64,000 nucleotides of DNA from Spirulina sp. (GTDB lineage Bacteria > Cyanobacteriota > Cyanobacteriia > Phormidesmidales > Phormidesmidaceae), in NCBI GenBank assembly GCA_044070495.1, contig JBIPSI010000002.1, positions 96,001 through 160,000 of the forward strand, written 5' to 3'. Under the pieces are notes generated by a model. That model saw only the letters and a list, made by a program, of their open reading frames with translations, did not search any database and was not told where the DNA came from. A program made the position numbers and the translations under genes. Of the stretch, positions 39,545 to 50,786 are shown piece by piece (the first letter of the stretch is position 1; each line of letters opens with the position of its first letter).

Positions 39545-39835
39545 CTAATGGTGGGGGGGCGCATCGCCGCTGAAGGGCTGTACCCCGGTAGCCGGGTAGT
39601 TGTCGTGGCTGGGGCTAAAGAGTTCTAGAATTGCTTCCACCAAGTCACCAAAAAAGCCCCGTTGCGCCTTCAGTTCCGGGATGGCCTCTCGGACATGATC
39701 CGGGGAAAACGCATAGCCCTGGGTTTCCCCCAGGTTGATCAAATCACTGGCCTGTTCTGCCCCCTGCACCTGGCTTTTTAGCTCAGGGTCGGTGGCCGCT
39801 TGCTGGAGAAACGAGAGCGCATTTTCTTTGGACAT
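39545..39835 (-). CDS. Nif11-like domain protein with an AtpTheta-like C-terminus
   Basis: MSKENALSFLQQAATDPELKSQV...GYAFS is a Nif11 pattern. The C-terminus is EAILELFSPSHDNYPATGVQPFSGD. Confidence 0.8.
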   Translation of the reverse strand: MSKENALSFLQQAATDPELKSQVQGAEQASDLINLGETQGYAFSPDHVREAIPELKAQRGFFGDLVEAILELFSPSHDNYPATGVQPFSGDAPPHH

Positions 39836-40197
39836 ACCGTTTCACTTCCATGACCTAACAAACAATGGAGAGCGCCTAGCGCTAGAGGTTCGTAGTCGCA
39901 GTCCAGATCGGGCACCAGCGGCGTTAGGCCAAAGAGCCAAGGCCCCATCGGCCAGATCGAGACCTGAAACCCATCTCCTCCTACCTCTAGTGTTACGCTG
40001 CCCTGACAAATCCAGCCACCTTCCTCAACAGAACCTTGCATTTCTTGAAACGGGTTCATTGAAGCCCAGCTTCAGCCTTGGCAAAGATCGTCGGCCTAAA
40101 ACAGCCCTGAACCTAGTTTGTGCTAATTTTTCCTTCATTAAGCCTTAATTTGAGGCTGTTTTGGGGATTTGCACAACGGCCTTCCAACCGCTAAACT

Positions 40198-40215
40198 AAC
40201 GTTAAGCAATGTAAA
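40198..40215 (-). promoter_or_regulatory. Possible HLR1 (RpaB-binding) direct repeat
   Basis: Minus strand TTTACATT-GC-TTAACGTT against the consensus (G/T)TTACA(T/A)(T/A)-N2-repeat. The second half has two mismatches. Confidence 0.35.
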
Positions 40216-40611
40216 TAAACTTCTAAGGAAAAAATATCGGTGCCCTAGTCTGTTCTCCTTCGAGTCTTTGTCTTTGCGTTGTTGTCTTGGCTAGCTCCAA
40301 CAGGCTAGTTTCCCCTGAATGCTTTCCCGTGGTGAAGGTCATCCTTGATCCGAAGCACGAGGCCGAAGATTCTCGCCAACCCCATGTCCGTCGAAGTCTA
40401 TGGTAGGTATCTAAATTTACCCACCCTAAGCGACGGTTCTCCCCACCTTCTGGGAGGAGTAAGGTTACGTAAAGTATTAATAAGGCTTGGGGCCGATCCC
40501 CTCACCGCTGTCTAGCCAAGGCCAAGGCTGGCATTTATCTTCACCCCCAAGGCGTGGTTTAGCCCGCATCGGCCTTCCGTTTCTCTCACCGCCCTGAATC
40601 CCTAGGTTGCC

Positions 40612-43110
40612 ATGTTTGAACATTTTACGAACACCGCCATTGCGGTCATCATGAAGGCTCAGGAGGAGGCCCGTCGCCTGCGCCACAATTTTGTCGGCAC
40701 CGAGCAACTGTTGCTGGGGCTGATTAAAGAAGACAATACGGTGTCTGCCCGCGTGCTAAACGATTTTGGCGTCACCCTAGAGGATGCCCGCACCGAGGTG
40801 GAAGCCATCATTGGCCGGGGTAGCGGCAGTGTCCCGCCCGAAATCCCCTTTACCCCCAAGGTGAAGCAGGTGTTTGAGCAGGCCTTTCAGGAGGCCCGCA
40901 AGCTGGATGCCGCCTACATCGAGCCGGAACACCTGCTGCTCAGCCTCACCCAAAACACCGAAAGCGTGGCCTATCGGGTGATGAGCAATCTCGGCGTGGA
41001 TCCGGCCAAGGTGCGGACTCGGGTGATTCAAGAACTGGGCGAGGCCGCTTCCATCCCGGCGGGTCGGGGTGGTCGAGATCGCGACCTCGACGACAACCGC
41101 AAGAAGGGCAAGATTCTCTCTGAATTCGGTAACGATCTCACGGCCCTTGCCGCCCAGGGCAAAATTGACCCCGTCGTCGGTCGGGCCAAGGAAATCGAGC
41201 GGGTGGTGCAGATCCTCGGTCGGCGCACCAAAAATAACCCCATCCTGGTGGGCGAACCGGGCGTAGGCAAAACCGCCATCGCCGAAGGACTGGCCCAGCG
41301 CATCGTCAACCAGGACGTGCCCGAAGCCCTGCTCACCAAGCGGGTGATCAGCCTAGACATGGGTTCCATGGTGGCCGGAACCCGCTTCCGGGGCGACTTT
41401 GAAGAACGCCTTACCCAACTGGTGGAGGAAGTTCGCCAAGACCCCGATGTCGTGCTGGTGATCGACGAAATTCACACCCTAATCGGCGCGGGTTCCCTAG
41501 AGGGGGGCATGGACGCCGCTAACCTGCTAAAACCTGCCCTCGCCCGTGGGGAGATGCAGTGCATCGGAGCCACCACCCTGGACGAGTTCCGCAAGTACAT
41601 CGAACGGGATGCCGCCCTAGAACGTCGCTTCCAGCCCGTCACCATCAGCCCGCCCTCGGTGCCCGAAACCATCGAAATTCTCCAGGGCATCCGCAGTCGC
41701 TACGAGCAGTTCCACCAAGTCACCATCACCGACGAGGCGATTGAAGCCGCCGCCAAGCTGTCGGATCGCTATATTTCTGACCGCTTCCTGCCCGACAAGG
41801 CCATCGACCTGATCGACGAAGCGGGTTCCCAGGTAAAACTGCGCTTGGCTCCCAAGTACCCCTCCAAAGAACTGAAGCAGCAGTTGCGCCAGATCAACAA
41901 AGATCTGGATGGAGCCATCGAACTCCAGGACTTCGGCAAGGCTAAGGCACTGCAAGGGGAACGCCAGGAACTCTTGGCCCAAATTCAGGCCGAGGTGCCC
42001 GAATACGCCGAAGCCGCCGCTGAATTGTCCCAAACCCAAGCGCCAGCCCTGCCCGTGGTGGATGAGGAAAGCATTGCCAACGTGGTCGCCGCCTGGACGG
42101 GTATCCCCGTTAACCGCATGACCGAAACCGAAGCGGTGCGCCTCATCCACATGGAGGACATCCTCCACGAGCGGGTGGTGGGCCAGCACGAAGCGGTGGT
42201 GGCTGCGGCCAAATCGATTCGGCGGGCGCGGTCTGGTCTGTCTAGCGCCGACCGTCCCATCGCCAGCCTGGTGTTTGCGGGGCCAACGGGGGTCGGTAAA
42301 ACCGAGCTGTCTAAGGCCCTCGCCGTGGCCCTGTTCGGTTCCGAAGAGGCGATGATCCGGCTGGATATGTCGGAATACATGGAAAGCCACACGGTCTCTA
42401 AGCTAATCGGCTCTCCGCCGGGATTCGTGGGCTACGACGAAGGCGGCCAACTCACCGAAGCCGTCCGTCGCAAACCCTACACCGTCATCCTGATGGACGA
42501 AATCGAAAAGGCCCACCCCGACGTGTTCAACCTGCTGTTGCAGGTGCTCGACGACGGCATTCTGTCTGACGCCAAGGGCCGCACCGTCAGCTTCAAGAAC
42601 ACCCTGATTATCCTCACCTCCAACATTGGCTCCCAGGTGATCGAAAAGGGCGGCAACAGCCTAGGGTTCGACCTCGCCACCGATGCCGCCAACAGCCAGT
42701 ACAACAACATCCGCAACCTGGTCAACGAGGAAATGAAGCAGTACTTCCGCCCGGAACTGCTGAACCGCCTCGACGAAATCATCGTCTTCCGCCAGCTCAC
42801 CCGCGAGGAAGTGAACCAGATCGCCGATCTGATGCTGGATCAGGTGAACAAGCGCTTGGCCGACCGCCAAATGCAGGTAACGCTCTCCGATGCCTTCCGC
42901 GACAAACTAGCCGCCACCGGGTACGACCAGCGCTATGGTGCCCGTCCCATGCGTCGCGCCATCGCCCGCCTAGTGGAAGACACCCTGGCCGAAGCCATCC
43001 TGGCTGGCACCCTAGAGGAAGGCGACAAGGTGCTGCTCGATGTCGATGCGGAGGGCAATCCCCAGGTGAAACCCGCCCAGCAACCCGCCCTGGTGGGTTC
43101 CAACCACTAA
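40612..43110 (+). CDS. clpC: ATP-dependent Clp protease ATPase, divergent ClpC paralog
   Basis: Clp N-domains, two Walker A motifs ([16 protein letters not shown]), short middle coiled coil and an LGF ClpP-docking loop. Confidence 0.88.
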   Translation: MFEHFTNTAIAVIMKAQEEARRLRHNFVGTEQLLLGLIKEDNTVSARVLNDFGVTLEDARTEVEAIIGRGSGSVPPEIPFTPKVKQVFEQAFQEARKLDAAYIEPEHLLLSLTQNTESVAYRVMSNLGVDPAKVRTRVIQELGEAASIPAGRGGRDRDLDDNRKKGKILSEFGNDLTALAAQGKIDPVVGRAKEIERVVQILGRRTKNNPILVGEPGVGKTAIAEGLAQRIVNQDVPEALLTKRVISLDMGSMVAGTRFRGDFEERLTQLVEEVRQDPDVVLVIDEIHTLIGAGSLEGGMDAANLLKPALARGEMQCIGATTLDEFRKYIERDAALERRFQPVTISPPSVPETIEILQGIRSRYEQFHQVTITDEAIEAAAKLSDRYISDRFLPDKAIDLIDEAGSQVKLRLAPKYPSKELKQQLRQINKDLDGAIELQDFGKAKALQGERQELLAQIQAEVPEYAEAAAELSQTQAPALPVVDEESIANVVAAWTGIPVNRMTETEAVRLIHMEDILHERVVGQHEAVVAAAKSIRRARSGLSSADRPIASLVFAGPTGVGKTELSKALAVALFGSEEAMIRLDMSEYMESHTVSKLIGSPPGFVGYDEGGQLTEAVRRKPYTVILMDEIEKAHPDVFNLLLQVLDDGILSDAKGRTVSFKNTLIILTSNIGSQVIEKGGNSLGFDLATDAANSQYNNIRNLVNEEMKQYFRPELLNRLDEIIVFRQLTREEVNQIADLMLDQVNKRLADRQMQVTLSDAFRDKLAATGYDQRYGARPMRRAIARLVEDTLAEAILAGTLEEGDKVLLDVDAEGNPQVKPAQQPALVGSNH

Positions 43111-43502
43111 CGTCGCCACCCCAGATCCAAACCAGCGCTGGCCTTTCCCCCGCTTTCTCATGCCTTTTTGGCAGAGGAATCGGGGGGTTTGCTAGGGATG
43201 CCCATTTATTCCCAAACTTGACTAGACTGGACTTGCTGCCATGATTCGCCCTGTGCAGAAGAGGTCATGGTTATGATCGCCGTACACCATCAAAACTCCC
43301 TATCCTTCGATAGTCCAGACTAGCTGACAATTGGGCCGTGAGGATTCTCGCTAGGATAGAGGAATACTGAAAGTGCGTCTACGCCCGCATGTCCAGTCCA
43401 AACGCAGTCCTAGGAGCACTCCTCCAACCAATCAAGCATCCATTTGCGGGGTAGGCTGTGGGGTGATTTCGACGAACCACTTTTCTAAACGGTTTATAAT
43501 GC

Positions 43503-43590
43503 CAACATGCTAGGGGTGTCCGACCATCGGACTGAGATCATACCCTCAGAACCTGACCTGGTTAATGCCAGCGGAGGGAAGCCATGCTTG
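43503..43590 (+). ncRNA. TPP riboswitch
   Basis: GGGGTGTCC...CTGAGATCATACCC..GAACCTGACCTGGTTAATGCCAGCGGAGGGA matches the THI-box core. Confidence 0.92.
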
Positions 43591-43874
43591 AGGTCACTAG
43601 CCGCCCACAACCTGTTGTTCCAGAGGTAAGGAGTTCTACCTTGCCTTAGGATGGGCAGAATCTCGCCGCTACTGCGAGGTTTAGCCATCCTCAGTCCATC
43701 AACACGGTAGAGTCGCTGTCTTCACGGCTGCCATGACAGGCCAGGGGCTATCCCACGGCCACGGTAGCAAACGAGAGACCTTCCCTACCTTGGGATGGGC
43801 TGATTCTGGAGGCTGGCTGAAGGCTGATTTCCCCTCACTCCCTAGCCCGTTGTCGTGGATTGGGAGATGTTTTG

Positions 43875-45368
43875 ATGACGCTCGGCATAACCGCCATTGC
43901 GGTGATTTTGATTACCGCCGCTAGTTTTACGTTGTTGGGACTGCTCCAGGCCAGCCGCCACACCATCAGCCTGGAGGACTACCTAGTCAGCCGCAACCGG
44001 GTGGGCACGGGCATGGCCTTGGCCACCATCGTCGCCAGCGCCATGGGAGCCTGGATTTTGTTTAGCCCGCCGGAAGTAGGGGCCACCAGCGGCATTGCCG
44101 GAATTGTAGGCTACTGCATTGGGCAGGCCACCCCCGCCGCCCTGTTTGCCTTCATGGGAACCCGAATGCGGTTTTTGATGCCTGCGGGCCACTCGCTGAA
44201 CGAGTATGTGCTGCACCGCTTTGGGCAGGCCATGTATCGGCTGACGCTGGCGATTGTGGTGTTCTATATGTTTGTCTACCTGGCGGCGGAACTGACGGCC
44301 ATTGCCAAGGCGGTGGAACTGATGGCCGGAGTACCCCTCTGGCTGACGGCAATGCTGGTGATCACCGCCGTGTTCATCTACACCCTGGTAGGCGGCCTAG
44401 AGGCGACGATCTTCACCGATGCCGTGCAGTTTGCGGTGATTGTGCCGCTACTGCTGCTGAGTTTTGCCCTTGCGGTCTTTGCCCTGGGCGGCTGGGGCAA
44501 TGCGGTGGCCCCGGTGCGGGATGCGGCCCCTCAGTTGTTGACCCTCGCCAATGGGCCAGGGATTAAGTTTGGGGCGACCTTGGTGATTGCGGTGATTTCC
44601 GCCGAAATGTTTAACCAAACCAACTGGCAGCGGGTCTATGCCTGCAAAACCGATACCGTGGTGCGCCGTTCCTTTTTGGGCTCTTTCCTAGTCATTTGGC
44701 CGATGCTGTTCATCTCTGGGCTGCTGGGCATTGTAGCCATGCACTTTGGCTTTAACGATGACCGCGCCTTTTTCTCGCTGATCCAAGCCCTGGAGCTTCC
44801 CGGCTGGGTCAGCATTGCCGTCCTCGTCCTAGTGCTGGCCCTGGTGATGAGCAGCCTAGATTCCCTGCTCAACGGCATCGCCAGCGTCTTCACCACCGAC
44901 CTGCTGCGCATCTTCCCAGAAAAATCCACCGGGGGCATCCTCAAGATCACCCGCCTATTGACCTTGGTCGTGGGCCTTCCCGCCATCCTGATCGCCGCCA
45001 GGGGCTACAACGTGCTGTATCTGTTTCTGCTGGCGGATTTGGTCTGTGCCGGGGCGCTGTTCCCGGTGCTGTTCGGCCTCTATTCCAAACGCCTAACTGG
45101 GCAAATGGCCCTCTGGAGCGCCGTTGCCGCCATCGCCGCCGGAGCCTTATTTTTCCCAAAACCCGACTTCAGCCCCTGGAATGGCCTGCCCTTCGCCGGG
45201 GATTTGCTGGTCAGCTTTGCTGCGCCCATCGTCGTATCTGCTGTCCTTTGTCTAGGGTGGATTCAGCTACGGGCCAGCCAAGGCAAAACCGAAGCCTACG
45301 ATTTTGGCAAACTCAGCCGCGACATTCGCGCCTACGGGGCAAGCATTACCGTCTCACCCGAAAGCTAG
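43875..45368 (+). CDS. Sodium:solute symporter, probable thiamine or precursor transporter
   Basis: SSS motifs (YTLVGGLEATIFTDAVQ, WQRVYA, MSSLDSLLN), a GGAGA ribosome-binding site before ATG 43875 and the upstream TPP riboswitch. Confidence 0.85.
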   Translation: MTLGITAIAVILITAASFTLLGLLQASRHTISLEDYLVSRNRVGTGMALATIVASAMGAWILFSPPEVGATSGIAGIVGYCIGQATPAALFAFMGTRMRFLMPAGHSLNEYVLHRFGQAMYRLTLAIVVFYMFVYLAAELTAIAKAVELMAGVPLWLTAMLVITAVFIYTLVGGLEATIFTDAVQFAVIVPLLLLSFALAVFALGGWGNAVAPVRDAAPQLLTLANGPGIKFGATLVIAVISAEMFNQTNWQRVYACKTDTVVRRSFLGSFLVIWPMLFISGLLGIVAMHFGFNDDRAFFSLIQALELPGWVSIAVLVLVLALVMSSLDSLLNGIASVFTTDLLRIFPEKSTGGILKITRLLTLVVGLPAILIAARGYNVLYLFLLADLVCAGALFPVLFGLYSKRLTGQMALWSAVAAIAAGALFFPKPDFSPWNGLPFAGDLLVSFAAPIVVSAVLCLGWIQLRASQGKTEAYDFGKLSRDIRAYGASITVSPES

Positions 45369-45488
45369 CCCCGCATCAGACGACACCACGGGGGAGATCC
45401 GCAACCACGGCCATCCCCCCACAGGTCATCCGCTCGTTGCCGCTAGCGTAAAATAGCCATATCCAGAGCCATTCTGGCGGGAGGTGCC

Positions 45489-46181
45489 ATGACGCAGTAT
45501 TCCATCACTCAGGCCAAAGACAAGCCCACCCAGAACATTCCCCCGGCGACGGCAACCTTAACCGCCCCTAGCCGATGCATGGTGCTGCAAGGGGTGAGAT
45601 GGAACACCTACCAGGCGCTGATTCACGATTTGGAGGCAGAACCGGGTAAGCGCTTGACCTATGACCAAGGAACGTTAGAGATTATGGCCCCACTGCCACC
45701 CCATGAAAGTTATAAGAGCCTGATGGGGCGTTTGGTGGAAGTCACTACTGAAGAAACAGAAACCGAGATTCGCAGCCTGGGTTCTACGACTTGGAGCCGC
45801 GAAGATTTGCAAAAAGGGTTGGAGGCTGATGAGTGTTTTTATATCCAAAACGAGCGGCTGGTGCGGGGCAAAGACGCCATAGACCTGACGGTAGACCCAC
45901 CACCCGACCTGGCGATTGAGGTAGATAACACCAGCAGTTCGATGAACCGTATGGCAATTTATGCCGCACTGGGAGTACCGGAAGTATGGCGGTTTGATGG
46001 CGAAACCCTAACCCTCTATGGCCTAGAATCTGGAGAATATCGCCCCCAGGAAGCCTCTACAGTGCTGCCGCTGTTGCAACGGGCCGACATTTTGCGCTTT
46101 TTGCAAGCTAGCCAAACCATGGGCGAAACCACTTGGGTCAGATCGTTTCGTCAGTGGGTGAGAGAACAACTCAAGGGGTAA
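45489..46181 (+). CDS. Uma2 family endonuclease-like protein
   Basis: RLTYDQGTLEIMAP, EADECFYI, PPPDLAIEVD and YAALGVPEVWRFD motifs. Confidence 0.9.
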   Translation: MTQYSITQAKDKPTQNIPPATATLTAPSRCMVLQGVRWNTYQALIHDLEAEPGKRLTYDQGTLEIMAPLPPHESYKSLMGRLVEVTTEETETEIRSLGSTTWSREDLQKGLEADECFYIQNERLVRGKDAIDLTVDPPPDLAIEVDNTSSSMNRMAIYAALGVPEVWRFDGETLTLYGLESGEYRPQEASTVLPLLQRADILRFLQASQTMGETTWVRSFRQWVREQLKG

Positions 46182-46332
46182 ACCTCTCGGCGTTGCTGGA
46201 TCGCGATGGCCCAACTGCTGCTCCATCCCCCAGATCGAAGACCAAGGGGTGGATATAGGCAGCAATCTTTATGGGGGCAGTCCCCAGGCGCTACAGTAAA
46301 GGCCGGATGCAGTGGCAAGGGACTCGTAGCGT

Positions 46333-47322
46333 ATGGCAATTATCCAGGCTGATGGGCTGAGTAAGCGGTATCGGGTAGCAACTAAAGAATCGGGTTTTGG
46401 GGGCACCCTGCGGCATTTGCTCAAGCGGCAGTACCACACAGTGGAAGCGGTGCGAGGGGTGTCCTTTAGCATCGAACCGGGGGAAGTGGTGGGCTTTTTG
46501 GGGCCAAACGGAGCGGGAAAAACCACCACGCTAAAAATGCTGACGGGGCTAATCCATCCCTCATCGGGCACGGTGACCGTGGGCGGCTACGAGCCGTTTC
46601 AGCGCAAAACGGACTTTTTGAAGACCATTACCCTGGTGATGGGCCAAAAGCAGCAGTTGCTCTGGGACTTACCCGCCCTCGATTCCCTACGGATTAATGC
46701 CGCGATCTATGGTCTCTCGGATGCGGTGTTTCGGCAGCGGGTAAACGAACTCAGCGAAATGCTGGATCTCGGCAGCAAGCTCTCCCAGCCCGTCCGCAAG
46801 CTCTCCCTGGGGGAACGGATGAAGGCGGAAATGCTGGCGGCCCTGCTGCATCGGCCCCAGGTGTTGTTTTTAGACGAACCTACCCTAGGACTCGATGTCA
46901 ACGCCCAGGTGGCAGTGCGCGACTTTCTGCGCGACTACAACCAGCGCTACCAGGCCACCATTCTCCTCACCAGCCACTACATGGCCGACATCACCGCTCT
47001 CTGTCGGCGGGTGCTGCTGATTCACCAGGGCCAGCTTATTTACGATGGCGACCTCGACGGACTGCTGAATCGCTTTGCCCCCTACCGAGAAGTGACCGTA
47101 GAACTGGCGGATCACGGCGACGCCAACCAACTGGTGGATTATGGCGAGCTAGAATCCCTGGAAGGCTGCACCGCCAGCTTCATTGTGCGTCGCGAAGCCC
47201 TTACCCAAACCGTTAGCCGCCTGCTTACGGATTTTAAGGTACAAGATTTGACCGTCAGCGATCCCCCTGTGGAGGAAGTAATTGGCCGAGTCTTTGCCAC
47301 TGGGGGAGTTAACGGCGGGTAG
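46333..47322 (+). CDS. ABC transporter ATP-binding protein (ABC-2 type)
   Basis: GPNGAGKTT, LSLGERMK, LFLDEPT and TSH motifs. Confidence 0.92.
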   Translation: MAIIQADGLSKRYRVATKESGFGGTLRHLLKRQYHTVEAVRGVSFSIEPGEVVGFLGPNGAGKTTTLKMLTGLIHPSSGTVTVGGYEPFQRKTDFLKTITLVMGQKQQLLWDLPALDSLRINAAIYGLSDAVFRQRVNELSEMLDLGSKLSQPVRKLSLGERMKAEMLAALLHRPQVLFLDEPTLGLDVNAQVAVRDFLRDYNQRYQATILLTSHYMADITALCRRVLLIHQGQLIYDGDLDGLLNRFAPYREVTVELADHGDANQLVDYGELESLEGCTASFIVRREALTQTVSRLLTDFKVQDLTVSDPPVEEVIGRVFATGGVNGG

Positions 47323-48598
47323 TTGAAAAGTTATCAAACCAGCCACGTTTCCAGAAAAAGTAAATTTGCAGCCCCGCAATCAGGGCCATTACGCCTAGGC
47401 AGATTAAATAGCCCCAATACCATTCCAGTTCCGGCATATTAAAGGGGGAAGCACTGGGGTTGAAGTTCATACCGTATACCCCAGCAATAAAGGTAAGGGG
47501 AATAAAAATTGAAGAGATCACCGTCAACAGTTTCATCACTTCATTCATGCGGTTGTTGATGGAGGACAGATAAACATCCATCAAACTGGAGGCAATTTCC
47601 CGATAGTTTTCGATAATATCGACCACCTGAACAATGTGGTCATAGACATCCTGCAAGTATAGTTTGACTTCCTGACTTACTAGGTCTTCACTGTCGCGGA
47701 TGAGGCTATTAATCACGCTGCGTTGAGGCCAAATATAGCGCCGTAGTTTCATCAGGCCGCGCCGCATACGATGGATATTTTCAATGGTTTCACGGCTAGG
47801 ATTGTCAACGACCTCTTCCTCTAGGGCTTCGAGTTCTTCGCCAATGGCTTCTAATACGGGGAAGAAACTATCCACAATGGTGTCTAGCAAGGCATAGGCT
47901 AAATAATCTGCCCCTTGGTGACGAATGGCCCCAATACCCCGGCGAATGCGATCCCGCACAGGCTCGAAGGAATCCCATTCTGGCTCCTCTTGGAAGGTGA
48001 CTAGAAAATTTCTTCCTAAGACAAAGCTCACCTGTTCGCTGGCGACCCCGGTGCCCGTTTCCTTAGACCGCACCATTTGCATAATGACGAGAATTTGGTC
48101 GTCGTAAAAATCAATTTTGGGACGGTGGGGCACGTTCACCACATCCTCCAGCATCAGCGGGTGCAGGTAAAAGACCTGGCTGAGCTGCTTCAAGATGCCT
48201 TCGCTGCCGAGGCCACGGGCATCCATCCAGCTCACGGGCTGTTGCCGAACGATGGCGCGGCAGTCTTCAACCCGCTCGATGGGCTTGCTGAGGGAACCAC
48301 TGGGGCCGTAGGCCATCAGCACCAGTTCCGTGGGCAGGGCATCTTCTGGAATGTTGAGCGTACCGGGGAGGGTGCCGGGGGCGCTGTAGTTAAACTCTAC
48401 GAGGTCGTCCAGTTCGTCGTCCTCGTCGTCGCGCTCGTCGTCTAAATCTGGGGACGTTGAAACGGCGGGAGAGTCCATCAAAAACTGATTGGCCTCTAGG
48501 GTGAGGGCAGAACGTCGATCCGTTAACCTGGCTTTATCGGCGGCGGATGGATTTGACCGTTTAAGGCTCTTGTTAGGAATCTTGCGTTTACGGGCCAT
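47309..48598 (-). CDS. corA: Magnesium/cobalt transporter
   Basis: YGMNF signature, MPEL loop, MNEVMK and two C-terminal transmembrane helices. Confidence 0.93.
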   Translation of the reverse strand: MARKRKIPNKSLKRSNPSAADKARLTDRRSALTLEANQFLMDSPAVSTSPDLDDERDDEDDELDDLVEFNYSAPGTLPGTLNIPEDALPTELVLMAYGPSGSLSKPIERVEDCRAIVRQQPVSWMDARGLGSEGILKQLSQVFYLHPLMLEDVVNVPHRPKIDFYDDQILVIMQMVRSKETGTGVASEQVSFVLGRNFLVTFQEEPEWDSFEPVRDRIRRGIGAIRHQGADYLAYALLDTIVDSFFPVLEAIGEELEALEEEVVDNPSRETIENIHRMRRGLMKLRRYIWPQRSVINSLIRDSEDLVSQEVKLYLQDVYDHIVQVVDIIENYREIASSLMDVYLSSINNRMNEVMKLLTVISSIFIPLTFIAGVYGMNFNPSASPFNMPELEWYWGYLICLGVMALIAGLQIYFFWKRGWFDNFSTTRR

Positions 48599-48640
48599 AG
48601 ACCTCTCCCAGGATATTGGACAGTGCCAGATAAAGCATAA

Positions 48641-48664
48641 GGGCACAGCCGAAACTGTGCCCCT
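48641..48664 (-). terminator. Probable terminator of groEL2
   Basis: Hairpin GGGCACAG-TTTCGG-CTGTGCCC followed by a T-rich stretch on the minus strand. Confidence 0.6.
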
Positions 48665-48711
48665 AGGCGTTAGCGGTTATTTAGGAAAAGGTCTGGGAAA
48701 GGTATGGCAGA

Positions 48712-50424
<1,713 letters not shown>

Positions 50425-50451
50425 CTAGCACTCTCTGGGGTCGAGTGCTAA
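50425..50451 (-). promoter_or_regulatory. CIRCE operator (HrcA site)
   Basis: TTAGCACTC-N9-GAGTGCTAG (one mismatch to consensus), 30 nt upstream of groEL2. Confidence 0.92.
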
Positions 50452-50566
50452 CCCAGCTAGCGTACCGTTAGGCTGGGCCGGGGGTAAGTCGCAATAACCG
50501 ATCCTTGCCCAGAATGCAGCCCCAGAACAATCAGTCCTAGGGAGGAAGGTCTGGCACATCTCCAAG

Positions 50567-50651
50567 GTAGGTTGGGTGCATCGAAGCGGAACCCAACACT
50601 CGCCGAGGATTTCGGGCTTGTTGGGTTCTGCTATCGCGCCACCCAACCTAC
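50567..50651. repeat. Inverted doublet of GTAG REP-like palindromes
   Basis: GTAG-GTTGGGT...ACCCAAC and GTTGGGT...ACCCAAC-CTAC. Confidence 0.75.
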
Positions 50652-50670
50652 GAGTGATCAATGAAGGCTA

Positions 50671-50777
50671 ATACCAAATTCGACCTGTTTACCCCCAGTA
50701 TTTGTCATGGGTGAGGAGACCTATCCCCTACGGTTTTTGGGGTTAGGAATGGGGTTTTTCTGACTCGGATTTGGTAT
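50671..50777. mobile_element. MITE-like element, family C, copy 2
   Basis: Terminal inverted repeats ATACCAAATTCGA / TCGGATTTGGTAT (one mismatch). Internal GGGTGAGGAGACCTATCCCCTAC is a variant of the family A REP. Confidence 0.65.
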
Positions 50778-50786
50778 GAGAGGCAA

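Noticed and set aside
39545..39835. Classical Nif11 RiPP precursor with a biosynthetic cluster
   Set aside because: There is no double-glycine cleavage site or Cys-containing core, and no LanM, radical SAM, YcaO or C39 transporter gene in the window.
50487..50502. K-box upstream of groEL2 (GATCGG-TTAT-TGCGAC), with similar weak matches before clpC and clpB
   Set aside because: Three or more mismatches to GTTCGG-NNAN-CCNNAC, too weak to call.
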